Notes under the pieces: generated by a model
Databases searched by the model: none
The model's input: only the letters and a program-made list of their open reading frames with translations
What the model was told of the DNA's origin: nothing
Made by a program: the position numbers and the translations under genes
Shown: positions 51,001 to 60,868 of the stretch, in pieces
Layout of the letters: each line of letters opens with the position of its first letter
How positions within the stretch are numbered: the first letter of the stretch is position 1
NCBI GenBank assembly: GCA_013265495.1
Contig: MU063896.1
Span: 15,929,140-15,993,139 of the forward strand
DNA: 64,000 bases
Source: Vicugna vicugna
Taxonomy: Eukaryota
Reading direction: 5' to 3'

Positions 51001-54000
51001 GTGGTGCTAAAACTGTCCAAATGGCATAACCTACACTCTGGCTTTCAGAACCTTTGAACTCTGATACTCAGGAAATTGGGCAGGCAGATGACTGAGGAAT
51101 ATTTGGCCTCGGTTGCCTGTTGGTTCCCAAGCAAGGAGTTTAACCTCATTTCTACTTATTTGTTTATCCCCATGAGTGTGTGAAGAGTCTGTGCAAATTA
51201 AAGAAAACGCAAATGCCATCAAATCAGCACCCAATGATAGGGGTGTATAAAATCTCGGGGAACAGGGGACAAACAGACCTGGAAGTAGTCTCTCCTATAT
51301 TATTTTCCTTTCTTAAATGTTTTAACAGGTTCTTATTGCTGCATTTGCAGTTTCAGGATATTGCTCCACCTATTTCAGAGCAGGAAGTAAGCCATTCAAC
51401 CCTGTCCTTGGGGAGACTTACGAATGCATTAGAGAGGACAAAGGATTCCGATTTTTCTCAGAACAGGTAAGTCCCACTGGACTCAGTGAGGTTTCTGTGT
51501 AGAAACTATAGGAGGGCTGTTGGATGATACAAAGAGCTTTTTGGTAAACATCTGACTGAGGTGGGTTATAATACTAGTTAATAGAAAATTCACTTAGCTT
51601 ATCTATATAATTGCCCCCTCTAAATGTGTTTAAGTGTGAAGTGTCTTAAAAGATAAAGATTCAGTAGTTTACTTGTACATTTTGAGACTAATTCATTAAT
51701 AAAGATGGATGAGTTGAGTAGTTTTATTTGAGGGTAGCCAATATATGTTGTAAAAAATTATCATTTATGGAAGTTTTAACACTGATGTCATTGCCTTTTT
51801 TGTTTTTAACTATTAGGTTAGCCATCATCCACCCATTTCTGCCTGTCACTGTGAATCCAAGAATTTTGTGTTTTGGCAAGGTTTGTATTTCAATTATAAC
51901 TTCAAAATCCAATTGATGAGCCTATACAAAAGTTTCTAGTTTCCAAAGGTGACTCAGTACTCAGTTTAGATTTCTACTTTTAGAACTCAGAGAGTATTGG
52001 TAATTGGTGTGGAGTTCAGTTTGAGAAACTGGATTTCCTGATTTGAATAGAAACCATGTCATCTGGGAGATGGGATTATTTATTTAGAAAGCAAAGCCCT
52101 GTGGGACAGCAATACCCATTGTTCACTTAGAATGTTGCAAACTCACCTAGAATAAAAAGTTTCAAAACCCCTCTAGAAAAATTTACCATTAAGTGTGAAT
52201 AGTTCCTTCACATTTGGAAGGGTGCTTTACTGGTCACAAAATGACTCTTCTCAATGCACTTCCTCAACCTAAAAACACACAAAATGATAGAGCACTGTGA
52301 CTATACTTTATTGCAGAATAAGAAAGTAAACCATTTCTTGTTGATAACAAAGATTCAGAAATTTTGTGGAGTTAGCACTAAGCTCCCTTAGTTTTATCAA
52401 AATGAGATCAAACAGTTATTACAAATGCACAGATATACCTGAGTGTCCACAAGTAAAACATAAACCCATCACGTGATATAAAGTGCTGGGCCCTGGGTGG
52501 TATTTTAACAACTAGCACAGGAACATGTTCCTTAAATTAATCCTACTTTCTCGTAAATCTTAACCTATCTGTATTTATAGGGTTTTTTTGTTTTGTTTCA
52601 TTTTTTACTGTTTTCCCAAATCATGCAGCTCTTCAAATACATGTGTATATAAATCAATGGTACTGCAATCTGCAATTATTTTTACTATACATCATATATA
52701 TGTATATACATATACATATAAAGTATTTCCACCATTTAGTTAAAACTTAATATTTGTGTAGATATTAAAGCACAATAGAGTCTATGTATGTGTATATATG
52801 AATGTGCACACACACATTATTCCAAGCCTTTCCTAATTTTATGCGTTGAAAACACATACAGAGCATGTATTATGGAGAAACACAGATTTTTTTGGTTCAC
52901 AGTTAATCTTTTCACTTAGGGCCATCCTCAGGCACTTGTCATATTAAAACAACAATGTAGAATCAATTGTGATTTCAAAAGTTCTTTGTCAAATGCAAGG
53001 TATAATATAAAATCACATTTCTAGAGTAAAATGACTAGATATACAATATGTATTTCTTGTCCTCTGCCTTATGTCGTTTAGATATCAGATGGAAAAACAA
53101 GTTCTGGGGGAAGTCGATGGAAATCCTGCCAGTTGGAACCCTGAATGTCATGCTTCCAAAGTAGGTTGCTCTCATCTTCCTTTTGGTCTCTTATCTGCTT
53201 TTCTACATCAGAAATGTGTATTTGAAACTCTAGAAGGTGCCAGGGAGCAATTTATCTGTATGATCAATGCTTCTGTTAACTTCCTCAAAGTTTTGAGAAT
53301 GGACCCCCACAAAAGCAAATGAGAACTTCAGCATGTGTATCAAAGATTCCTTTTATTTCTTCACATCCTCCATTCATCAGTCAACACCTACCTGTCCTGG
53401 TCACCATGTTAGTTTGGATTTTATGTGAAAGTTTCTCTTTTTAGCCATTTCTTTTCTATATATTTATAATTTCACTCTTGAGTTCATCTTAGACCCAGCT
53501 AGTATTTTTAATATCTAAGTTATTTTATTGAGGAAGCAGTGGAATCCTCTCAGGGTTGTTGTCCAGAGGATATTGCCTATACATATTAAAATTAAGTGAC
53601 ATTTTCATTGAGGCCAAAGGCTTGATTGCTTTTCCTTTTTTTTTTCTTCATTTGGTTGATTTTGTTCTGTTTTGTTTTTGTCAATCTGAATGACAGAATT
53701 CGCTGGTAGATTGGATATAGAGGAAGGTAGGGAGAGGGAGGAATTCCCAGGACCACAAAATAAACTTTCAATATTTACAAACTCATGAGAAAGAGTTTGC
53801 CCAGGTATATACAGTACCTACAGCATACCATTCATAAATTTTTTAGAAACTCAGAAGCATTTTATTTTGAAACAGCATTTTGTTTGTACATATACATAAT
53901 GTGCAAGTTTAAAGGCGATTTGAAACTGTCGTCTAATTCCTTGGCAGAAACTCTGTAACCCTACACACTTTGCATTAGATTTATGCCGTCTATGTTCATT

Positions 54001-57000
54001 GATCTTTTCTCAATTTTTCACATATTTGTCTTCAACTCACAGCTTGAAACAATGTCCTCAGAGTAGTCTTTCCTAACCTCTTGCCCTACTGTGCCTCTGT
54101 GCCTCTCTCTTCCCAGGAACCTTCCTTGATGGCCCATTGTTTGCAGGGTAAATCCAGACTCACTGATGTGCATTCAGGGCCTTCCCTGATCCACCCCATC
54201 CCACTATCCAGCCTTGCCTCCCACCACACCCACTCACTTGTAGCATGCCACATGTGGGTCCCCAGATGTGTTATGCTCTTTTGGTCTCTGTGGCTTTGTC
54301 TCTGCTTTTCCCAGCCTTCCTATCCAACCTTCAAGCTTAGCCCAAACCCAGCCTCCTCTAGAAGGTCTTCAACATTTCAGGCAGATCTAAGGGCACTCCT
54401 GCCATGCTCTCGTACATGTCTATCTACCCCTCCTTACTATTGGCTACAGGAGAACAGGAAACAGACCCTATTCAATTTGGTAGCTTTAGCCCCTGGCCCA
54501 TAGAAAGCATTGAAATGTTCCTTAAATGAATGACTTATGTCATAAATGTCCTTGACCACATAGAAACTTCCAACAAAGAAATGAGAGGGAGATGAGGGAA
54601 AAGGAAGCTTTGGCCAAAGGATATTTTCATTGGTAGAAACAGGAATATATATATTGTGACCATTGTTTTTAATCAGTGTTGTTATTCTTCACTAGGTATG
54701 GTGATTTCTACGTGTGGAATAAAGTCACCACATGCATACACAACATTCTCAGTGGGAGGAGATGGATAGAGCATTATGGAGAAGTAACCATTAGAAATAC
54801 CAAAAGCAGTGTTTGCATTTGCAAACTCACATTTGTCAAGGTAAATAATGTCTTACAACAGCGAAAGAAAGAGACATGAAATGCTTCCTAGGGAAGAAAT
54901 AAAACAATTACCTTAAATAGCAGCAATGAGTTCATCCTGTACCCTTGATCCTTATGGACATTTTAGGTAAGAAAGCAGAACCAGCTCTTGGGGCTGCTCC
55001 AAGCATGCGGACATCTGACCATGTAGAGGTCAAAAAAGGCACCATCATTTTTTCTTACAACAGGAAAAACATTCTTTTTAAAGAATTTTCTTTTTTAAGC
55101 AGCTAATCAATGCATCAAGTAAAATTCCAGAAAGTACTTCTTGCCTTTAACAAGTCTCCTGGTTTATATTCTATTTCTATGCCTGCTTGATTACAACATA
55201 TTCAAGAGATCTTGTTTTAGGGAACTAAATATAAACGCAGTTGTCATTTTCTGAGGACGCGCAGTAGATGGTAGTTTCCAGTCCCTATAAGCTTATCCAA
55301 CTCTGCTGCTATGATATGTAATCTTGAATAAGTTCAACAGAAAGCAGTACCTGTAATCACCAAGAGAAGATGTTAGCTATTTGTCTTTTTTTCCCCTTTT
55401 TTTCTTACGGGCTCATTAAGTGGCTTCAAACTGAAGAGCCAGGATCACTCTTTGCTCTAACTGGATGATGTCAGTAAACATGTGCATTTAGTTTTGTAGA
55501 CTCTGAGAAACTTCCATTTAGGCCTGCCCTAAATATTTATAGAGCTCAGGGCAGGAGTACAAAATATGGAAATCCCTATACTGTCTATGTAAGTATTTAA
55601 GTATGTAAATCAAGACCACAAGATGACAAATAAAATATGTCCTATCCTTTCACCCTGACAAAAGTATTTTTCATAACAAAACCTGCAAAGCCAGGTTGGA
55701 CACTTGGGAGCTCCAGGCTGGACACCTGGCAGTGCGGGAGAGCCAGTCTGGCCCATAGACTTCCCCACTCCGGCTCTGCCCTGCATTGCAAGAGGCCATG
55801 CACACACACACACACAGAGGCAGTTCAGCCCACACATCCAAGCTCTGTCCACACCCCTTCAAACAGCCACCCTTCAGGCCCAGTGATTCACACACTTGGT
55901 GGATGAATCCAAGGAAAGGCCTGTGCAAGCTGTGGAATAAGCTTAGAGCCATTTGGACAGGGAATTAGGATCCTGCATACTTGGCGCCTGATCTAGAACA
56001 GGGGCCATGGGATCCAGGTGGATCACTTCCTACGGACTTCGCACCCCTTGGGGAGAAGCATGGCTGGAAGAGAGCTAGAACCAGGTCTTCCTGATAAACT
56101 TAGCCACTCACAGATACTGTGAAAAGTATTTTACAAATTATTTCTACAGTGTAGCCAGTTGAAAGTCATTAAAATCCATGAGCAAAATTCAAGACAGGAG
56201 GCTCAGAGAAAGAAGTGACTAACCTATAAATTATATTCGGTTAAGGTAGACACTGAGCCCTCTCATGCTGTGCTCCCATGCTCTCGCATGGAGTGGGATC
56301 ATCGCTTCCTTAGAATGAAGCCAGCTAACCCTTAGAAAGCCACCCTCCGTGTAAAACATCTTGAGATAGATTTCTGGAAGTGGTTTGAATGACAAACTTC
56401 AAGGTTAAGAACATTTTCCTTACGGAAACTATAAGGATGGGTGTTATTAAAGAGAGCAAGTGTTTTAACTGGAGTTTGGCTTTTCCAGGTGAATTACTGG
56501 AATTCTAATGTGAATGAGGTCCAGGGGGTTGTGATGGATCAGGAGGGGAAGGTGGTGCACCGGCTGTTTGGGAAGTGGCACGAAGGGCTTTACTGCGGTG
56601 TGGCCCCCTCGGCAAAGTGCATCTGGAGGCCAGGTGAGACCAGCACGTGGGTCCTGCCTCTGGGATCATCCCATGCAGTTCACCATACGTTTTCTTCAGT
56701 AGTGAGATTAAAAACATAGATGATTAAGGCAATTATAGTTACATTTACACATACTGTGTAAGTTAAATAAGTCCTAATATTTGATAATAAGAAGGTGTAA
56801 AATTGAGGCCAAATCTGACATGTGGTCCGAGGTTGGGCTTGATGTAAAAATCTCTCTAATGCCCGCATTTCAAAAACCAGCTTTAATTATTAAAGAATTC
56901 AAATGATTGAAATATACAAACTTAAATTCCTACTCATGTTATTTACTCTCTGTTTTAGTAAAACAAAGGAAGGTCTACAAACATCCATAATCCACAAATT

Positions 57001-60000
57001 CAATAATTTACCCAGAATAAGTGATTTTTTACTTGAGCAGCAAAGAGCTGCAATATGTTGACATTTAATAAAAGACATCAGAAGAGTTCTGGTGATAACA
57101 CTAGCATGTAACTAATTATCAAGTACAATAAAACAAGTCTCCACATGACATTTATTTTCACTGGGATTTTGTCAGTTAATCCCTAACTTTAAAATTGGCT
57201 GTTGGTTTCCTAAGAGACGTCAGAGAGTACTGAAATTCGCCGGTGGTAGAGTGGTTAGTTCATTCATTCGACAGTTACTGAGTACTAACTAAGCATCAGA
57301 CTTTGTTCTTGGAGCTTGGAGCACATTAATGAGCAGAGTATACAAAGATTCTGCCTTTGAAATTGGTTTAAAAGTGCCAATAAACATTAATTTAGATCTG
57401 CATCTTTTTTCTTTTCTAAATGGAAGTAAATTGTGTTTCTGGAAAATCTTAATGCTGATCGTTAGCCACCCTAGCATTTAGTTACCCAATTGGATATTTT
57501 AGAGAAAAGTTATGGTGTAGTTTAGCCAATGAAGACTATTATTTGTACAAAGTGTTATTTTGAAGGCTGGATTTTATCAGTTATATGAATCTACCAGTTC
57601 TGATAATCAACATAAAGTGTACCATCTAGCAAAATATAACCAATTTAATTCACTCAAAAAATTCATGATCTAATATTTATGACTGTAAATTTAATATTAC
57701 TGTGAGTGTTAATTAAGCACCCAGCTTAAGTCAGCATCTGCATGTCCTGTAAGCCTCTTTACTTCTCACAGTGGTTCATTGGCCCCATTCTAGGTTCCAT
57801 GCCAACCAACTATGAGCTCTATTATGGCTTCACAAGGTTTGCTGTTGAGCTCAACGAGTTAGATCCTGTACTAAAAGATCTCCTTCCACCGACAGATGCC
57901 CGATTCCGGCCAGATCAGAGGTGAGCATGGCAGCGGTGTCTAAAATGAACACTAGATCATGGCATGGCGCTACAGAAGTCATCAGGGCTTACTTTCACCA
58001 CCATCATGTATTTATTTATTCATTGACTCATTCATTCATCCCCTTACTCAGTAGTAGTTGAGTCTTCTACCCTAGGTAAAAGAGTACTCAGAGTATGAGC
58101 ATAACAGAAGACTGGCTTAATACAACTTCCCCACAGAAAACAACACAGATATTTTTTAACAAAAAGTCTCCCCCAAAATTTACCAAAAGTCTGCAGATTA
58201 TTGAACTCTTCCCTAAATATGAAATCACTCCTCACCCAGTGTTTGTACTTGTTTACTTCTATTAATCTGTGACATAAAGTATCTTTTTAAAAAATTTTTA
58301 TTGCTGTAACTTTGGTATTACATTATATAATTATAACTATATATGTAGTATATTGTATAATTTTCATATGTACAGCATTTTATGTCTACTTCTGTTTGCC
58401 CTACAGCCTGCTCAACACCAGAATTTCAGTTTCTGTCCATTACCATTACAATTGATCCCCTTTATCCATTTCAGTGAACAATAAGAGGATAAGTTACAGA
58501 GACACCTAGAAATACTTTGAGTAAAAGTCTGGACTTTTCCCAACATATTTTTGTGAGATATATTCAAAATACAGTACCTTTAATACCTTCTGATTCTTTT
58601 TTTTATTACTATTCTTACAGAGTTCTATACTCACTGTTGTACATTCCTACAGAATTTTTGCAGAAATTCTATAGGCCATACAAATTTCATCCAAGATTGT
58701 TTTCAATTTCCAGTGACTTGGTGGCTCTATCTGTCTTCTGCCAAAATGTTCCCAGTATTGAATGTTTGACCATTCAGTTCTCTTGTATTTCCCTCCCTTT
58801 CTCTAGAACATGCAGTCTCACTGTTGACATTCAAACTTATCAATAAGCTTCCTGTACAACATGTATCATATTGTATTCCTGGGTTTTTTTTTCTCTCATT
58901 TTGAAATTTAAATACTTGCAAATCACCATTGGGTCTGCTTTGCCTTTCTCAATTTGACTTCAGTATTCCCTTTCTGAATTTCATTTACTATTCATTTCCT
59001 CTCTGTGGCCTTTTGTAATTTTCCCCAACTGTTACCTTTTCTTTTTCCTCCAGTTTTGCTCTCTCCAATAAAACAGGAAAACTCCTTCCCTCTCAGTCTG
59101 TTCCAAAAGTAGCTGGAGAACAGCCAGTTGTCATCCTCCATCCTGTGGCCTTTAACAAATGCTTTATGACCAAATGGAAAAGGAGCACAGCCAGGGACTT
59201 CATGATGTTCTAGCCCCAGACTCTCCAGTTGTCCTGAAAACCTTGCGTTGGAATCCCAGATAGCACAGAAAAGTCTTCAGGGCCAACCAGTTACCTTTAA
59301 CTCCTGCCATTTTCTTGCTGAACACAAACATTCAGTTCACATACACAGGAAGTATATTAATTGATGGCAGACGGAGAGAATGTGGCCTGGGGCAAGGGTG
59401 AGAGGACATGATCAGAGTGTTACACTGGTCATTGTGTGTGTTCACAGCAACCAGAATTTAAGTTTATATAAATGAGATGATATTTTTCTAAGAAAAGAGG
59501 ATCATATATTCAAAGATAAACTGCTTTCTGCTTAGATTTTTGGAAGAAGGAAATTTAGAAGCAGCAGCAGCTGAGAAGCAAAGAGTAGAGGAACTCCAGA
59601 GATCTCGAAGACGGTACATGGAAGAAAACAACCTTGAACATATACCAAAATTTTTTAAGTAAGTCGGTTTATTCCCATCACAAGTTCAAGTTTTGCCAAT
59701 GGTCGCCACAAGCAATAAAAAACTTCAAGTGAAAAGAAAATGAGGGATAGTTTCACGTTCAGGGAAATCTGAGGTGGGAAATTAAGCCAATTTTGGTAGC
59801 TCGTTTTGACAGTGAAAATATTGATTCATATTGATCTTGTGAAAAGTCCGTAATCATAAAAATAAATTTTCCTTAACAGCTCTTTTCTTTCACGGGCAGC
59901 AGTAAAGAGTGAGGGTCTTGCCTCTTTATCCTTCAGCTACACCCTTTAGAATGGTAGAAACTTATCCCTCACTCAGAAATACGATGGGACCCCACTGCCC

Positions 60001-60788
60001 ACAAGGTCGTTCTGGCTTCATTAATGTTAATTTTATTTGTATCATTTGGAGATGGTATCCGTTCAGATTTGATCCTTCTGTGGTGTGATCATGGGTGATT
60101 ATTACAGGATTATATAAACATCACACAAACTAAACTGTAGCTTCCAAATCCATCTGCTGCCCTCCAAAGCCAGGACAGATCAGCTCGGAATAACCTCGCA
60201 TCCTTCCTAGTTGCCGTCTCATGGCTGCCCTGGAGCAGGACCTCAGTCTTGCCCTTTAGCTGTTGAAAGTGCACTCACTGGGCCTGCGCCCTGCAGAGGC
60301 TCTTACAGCCACTGAGCTTGCATATTTTCCCCACAGGTGAAGCAGAGAAAATTCTTGTGAGTCTGGGCCTGAAGTTCTAGTTATGATATTCGTACATGCT
60401 TTGTTGGGGACACTTCATTTTCTAGTCCTGCCTGGAGGTGATTTATTCCTACACTTTAAGCCCCTCTCCCCGTGACCCTACCCACTTCCATTTCAAACGT
60501 TTAACAGCAAAAATGAGTTCATTTGTGGTCAAAATAGTCAAATCATCAATCAGCAGATAGGATACTAACAGGCTTACAAAGTACTGCTTGTATGTACACG
60601 TCTTATGCACAGGGGAGTGTCCAGCTATCAGGTCACCTAATGTGATTTGTGTCTAATGAGGATTTCTGTATCTTCACAGAAAAGTGATTGATGCCAATCA
60701 AAGAGAAGCCTGGGTTTCTAATGACACCNNNNNNNNNNNNNNNNNNNNNNNNNNNNNNNNNNNNNNNNNNNNNNNNNNNNNNNNNNNN
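130..60788 (+). CDS. OSBPL6: OSBPL6/ORP6 multi-exon coding sequence, 5'-incomplete; end coordinate inferred inside the N gap
   Basis: 22 exons with GT-AG boundaries and consistent phases give 2643 nt = 881 codons without a stop. Translation matches ORP6 as I recall it (PH domain, FFAT, ORD). Adding about 34 upstream and 19 gap-hidden residues gives the 934 aa I recall for canonical human ORP6. Confidence 0.97.
623..787 (-). mobile_element. MIR SINE
   Basis: gcactgtactaagtgc...gttagtaacttgtccacagtca...taagtagcagagcagggatt is the MIR core in reverse. Confidence 0.65.
1565..1720 (-). mobile_element. MIR SINE
   Basis: gccaggcactgg...gataaggaaacagag...aagtaagttgtcc...agctgggaagtg. Confidence 0.55.
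3779..3810. repeat. (AC)n microsatellite
   Basis: About 16 AC units, read directly. Confidence 0.95.
3877..3971 (+). mobile_element. tRNA-derived SINE, Vic-1-like (camelid), short form
   Basis: A-box-like tagttcagtgg, B-box-like gtttcaatccc; 12-bp TSD aaatgctgttct (3865-3876) / aaatcctgttct (3972-3983). Confidence 0.85.
5136..5648 (-). mobile_element. ERV solo LTR, antisense to OSBPL6; ends uncertain (left 5136 or 5149, right 5637 or 5648)
   Basis: About 500 bp with TG...CA termini. On the minus strand: three CCAAT boxes, TATAAAA (5339-5345), AATGAA in the poly(A)-signal position (5268-5273), three 13-bp tandem units in U5 (5164-5202). Best TSD is gaaa/gaag (3 of 4) for 5149-5648. Confidence 0.8.
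6871..6993 (+). CDS. OSBPL6: OSBPL6 exon, 123 nt: [10 protein letters not shown]...[18 protein letters not shown] (start of PH domain)
   Basis: ttttctctcag acceptor, AAG|gtaaca donor; [12 protein letters not shown] is typical of the ORP3/6/7 PH domain. Confidence 0.96.
9403..9456 (+). CDS. OSBPL6: OSBPL6 exon, 54 nt: [18 protein letters not shown]
   Basis: ttcttgcag acceptor, GAT|gtaagt donor. Confidence 0.95.
10552..10665 (+). CDS. OSBPL6: OSBPL6 exon, 114 nt: [38 protein letters not shown]
   Basis: tttgatttcag acceptor, AAG|gtaaag donor. Confidence 0.96.
10782..10952 (+). CDS. OSBPL6: OSBPL6 exon, 171 nt: [26 protein letters not shown]...VSVVDGK (end of PH domain)
   Basis: ctttgttttag acceptor after a 116-nt intron, AAG|gtatga donor. 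Confidence 0.96.
11405..11575 (-). mobile_element. MIR SINE
   Basis: gccaggcactatgttaagcattt...gagccaagctctgaatcc. Confidence 0.5.
12036..13045 (-). mobile_element. 5'-truncated LINE-1 (about 1 kb): ORF2 C-terminus, 3'UTR and poly(A), interrupted by a 201-N gap
   Basis: Minus-strand peptides ISRIYKQL...NPIQKWAE and [20 protein letters not shown]...[21 protein letters not shown] are L1 ORF2p; poly-T at left; imperfect TSD aactaatttttttaa / aactaacttttgttaa. Confidence 0.95.
12731..12931. other. Sequence gap, 201 N
   Basis: N run inside the L1. Confidence 1.
14446..14578 (+). CDS. OSBPL6: OSBPL6 exon, 133 nt, phase 0/1: [15 protein letters not shown]...[15 protein letters not shown]
   Basis: ttcaccatag acceptor, GAAG|gttagt donor. 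Confidence 0.94.
15374..15528 (-). mobile_element. tRNA-derived SINE, Vic-1-like, long form with (CCAA)n-containing tail
   Basis: Reverse complement gggtatagctcagtggtagagtgtgtgcttagcatacacaaggtcctgggttcaatccctagcacctcc...cctaattgcatacccc, then A-rich tail. Confidence 0.88.
16700..16775. repeat. Imperfect (GGT/GAT)n trinucleotide tract
   Basis: gtggtgacggtggtggtggtagtggtggtaatgataatgatgatggtggtggtggtagtgg. Confidence 0.85.
16805..16970 (-). mobile_element. MIR SINE
   Basis: caggcactattctaggtgtttt...ccattttgcaggtgagaaaac...gttcacacagcc...gggattcaaatttagg. Confidence 0.7.
16985..18100 (+). mobile_element. L2 LINE relic interrupted by a minus-strand MIR (about 17470-17625)
   Basis: Pyrimidine-rich L2-like blocks (cttttgcataagctgttcttccc..., ctctgatgacctcaa); MIR core cactttgcagatgaggaaagtga. 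Confidence 0.5.
20340..20398. mobile_element. MER5-like hAT DNA transposon end fragment
   Basis: caagtgatgctgttgctgctagtccagggaacacactttgagaa resembles the MER5A terminus as recalled. Confidence 0.5.
20934..21037 (+). CDS. OSBPL6: OSBPL6 exon, 104 nt, phase 1/0: (D)[34 protein letters not shown]
   Basis: ttgtattag acceptor, CAG|gtaaac donor; 133+104 nt restores frame. Confidence 0.96.
21614..21706 (+). CDS. OSBPL6: OSBPL6 exon, 93 nt, phase 0/0: [31 protein letters not shown] (probable cassette exon)
   Basis: gtaacatag acceptor, CAG|gtacag donor; symmetric and frame-preserving. Confidence 0.92.
22140..22300 (+). mobile_element. MIR SINE (old)
   Basis: ttgggttctagtc...gatctctgagttccctttcaactctaaaattctatg is the MIR 3' end. 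Confidence 0.55.
25995..26139. other. Sequence gap, 145 N
   Basis: N run in the intron between exons 21614-21706 and 31400-31565. Confidence 1.
27454..27544 (-). mobile_element. tRNA-derived SINE, Vic-1-like, short form
   Basis: Reverse complement gggtgtagctaagtggtaaagtgtgtgcttagcatgcatgagg...cccagtacct; TSD ttttaaaattc / ttttaaaaattc. Confidence 0.85.
31400..31565 (+). CDS. OSBPL6: OSBPL6 exon, 166 nt, phase 0/1: [22 protein letters not shown]...EEFCLIAQK
   Basis: ccccttttcag acceptor, AAAG|gtaaca donor. Confidence 0.96.
31925..32390 (-). mobile_element. MaLR LTR (MLT1-type) relic
   Basis: gtgggtcaggagttcaggctggc...cagctggaggctgggc...ggccagtccagatttgagggg resembles MLT1 as recalled; boundaries approximate. 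Confidence 0.65.
33765..34070 (-). mobile_element. Old LINE-1 3' end (L1MA9/10-like)
   Basis: gtgagaacatttaagatctactctcttagcaac...agatccccagaacttattcatctt...gaagtttgtac resembles L1MA 3'UTR as recalled. Confidence 0.75.
34659..34792 (+). CDS. OSBPL6: OSBPL6 exon, 134 nt, phase 1/0: (V)[22 protein letters not shown]...RLRQSLSQ
   Basis: cccgatccag acceptor, CAG|gtaaat donor; 166+134=300 nt. Confidence 0.96.
36723..36825 (+). mobile_element. tRNA-derived SINE, Vic-1-like; tail runs into the N gap
   Basis: ggggagggtgtagctcagtggtagagcgcatgcatagcatgcatgaggtcctaggttcactccccagtacctcc followed by an A-rich tail. Confidence 0.88.
36826..36957. other. Sequence gap, 132 N
   Basis: N run at a SINE tail. 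Confidence 1.
38900..39400 (+). mobile_element. Ancient L1M relic
   Basis: gttcatggcagcattattt...aaatgcccaata; boundaries approximate. Confidence 0.45.
42602..42709 (+). CDS. OSBPL6: OSBPL6 exon, 108 nt, phase 0/0: [36 protein letters not shown]
   Basis: gttgtcttaag acceptor, GAG|gtaaga donor. Confidence 0.94.
44337..44490 (-). mobile_element. LINE-1 3'-terminal fragment directly upstream of the FFAT exon acceptor
   Basis: poly-T, then aagtatagttgacttacaatgttgtgttagtttctggtgtacagcatagtgattcag...gttccctgtgctatgcagtaggaccttgtt; shares blocks with the L1 3' end at 12036-12210. Confidence 0.85.
44517..44654 (+). CDS. OSBPL6: OSBPL6 exon, 138 nt: [10 protein letters not shown]...[25 protein letters not shown] (FFAT exon)
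   Basis: cttttctgtag acceptor, GAG|gtaaag donor. Confidence 0.96.
44601..44621 (+). other. OSBPL6: FFAT motif codons (EFFDAQE), VAP-binding ER-targeting signal
   Basis: gag ttc ttc gat gcc caa gag matches the FFAT consensus EFFDAxE and follows a Ser/acidic tract. Confidence 0.95.
45019..45065. repeat. (CA)n microsatellite
   Basis: More than 20 CA units with an interrupted left edge. Confidence 0.95.
46430..47330 (-). mobile_element. L2 LINE relic
   Basis: ggagtttagattgtttt...gacatgatcagatttgcattttggaaagat...caggctgc; boundaries approximate. Confidence 0.6.
47880..48720 (+). mobile_element. Ancient L1M (L1ME-like) ORF2/3'UTR relic
   Basis: tgcactgctggtgagaa...cagtttggcaa...gacccagcagcttcacttctgggaat is a decayed L1 ORF2 C-terminal segment; boundaries approximate. 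Confidence 0.6.
48900..49650 (+). mobile_element. L2 LINE relic
   Basis: ccttgcctttgtgcagac...ttcaagtactgcttcctccaggcagcctctcctgatt; boundaries approximate. Confidence 0.55.
49787..49874 (+). CDS. OSBPL6: OSBPL6 exon, 88 nt, phase 0/1: [29 protein letters not shown]
   Basis: cccttcctcag acceptor, CAAA|gtatgc donor. Confidence 0.95.
50384..50637 (+). CDS. OSBPL6: OSBPL6 exon, 254 nt, phase 1/0: (I)[21 protein letters not shown]...[14 protein letters not shown]...YERM (ORD start)
   Basis: ctctcccag acceptor, ATG|gtagta donor; [16 protein letters not shown] is an ORD motif. Confidence 0.97.
51329..51466 (+). CDS. OSBPL6: OSBPL6 exon, 138 nt: [11 protein letters not shown]...[12 protein letters not shown]...FFSEQ
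   Basis: ttttaacag acceptor, CAG|gtaagt donor; KPFNPxLGETYE ORD motif. Confidence 0.97.
51817..51880 (+). CDS. OSBPL6: OSBPL6 exon, 64 nt, phase 0/1: [21 protein letters not shown]
   Basis: aactattag acceptor, CAAG|gtttgt donor; completes the OSBP fingerprint EQ|VSHHPP. Confidence 0.96.
53082..53160 (+). CDS. OSBPL6: OSBPL6 exon, 79 nt, phase 1/2: (D)[25 protein letters not shown](K)
   Basis: gtcgtttag acceptor, CAAA|gtaggt donor. Confidence 0.96.
54040..54535 (+). mobile_element. L2 LINE 3' relic
   Basis: cagcctcctctagaaggtcttc...cccctggcccatagaaagcattgaaatgttccttaaatgaatga. Confidence 0.55.
54696..54840 (+). CDS. OSBPL6: OSBPL6 exon, 145 nt, phase 2/0: [28 protein letters not shown]...KLTFVK
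   Basis: cttcactag acceptor, AAG|gtaaat donor. Confidence 0.96.
56489..56633 (+). CDS. OSBPL6: OSBPL6 exon, 145 nt, phase 0/1: [15 protein letters not shown]...[23 protein letters not shown]
   Basis: cttttccag acceptor, CAG|gtgaga donor. Confidence 0.96.
57794..57920 (+). CDS. OSBPL6: OSBPL6 exon, 127 nt, phase 1/2: (G)[23 protein letters not shown]...[12 protein letters not shown](R)
   Basis: ccattctag acceptor, GAG|gtgagc donor; LPPTDxRxRPDQ ORD motif. Confidence 0.96.
58287..58472 (-). mobile_element. LINE-1 3' end fragment
   Basis: T-rich start, cattatataa...tgtacagcattt...attgatcccctttatccatttc resembles laurasiatherian L1 3' ends as recalled. Confidence 0.6.
59536..59658 (+). CDS. 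OSBPL6: OSBPL6 exon, 123 nt, phase 2/2: [40 protein letters not shown](K)
   Basis: ttctgcttag acceptor, TAA|gtaagt donor (AA is the split Lys codon). Confidence 0.96.
60680..60728 (+). CDS. OSBPL6: OSBPL6 last coding exon, visible part: (K)[16 protein letters not shown]; remainder and stop lie in the N gap
   Basis: tcttcacag acceptor; frame runs into Ns at 60729. The orthologue C-terminus as recalled (YWELRKDPGFSKVDSPVLW*) would end near 60788. Confidence 0.9.
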
Positions 60789-60868
60789 NNNNNNNNNNNN
60801 NNNNNNNNNNNNNNNNNNNNNNNNNNNNNNNNNNNNNNNNNNNNNNNNNNNNNNNNNNNNNNNNNNNN
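60729..60868. other. Sequence gap, 140 N, covering the expected OSBPL6 stop codon
   Basis: N run interrupts the open frame of the last exon. Confidence 1.
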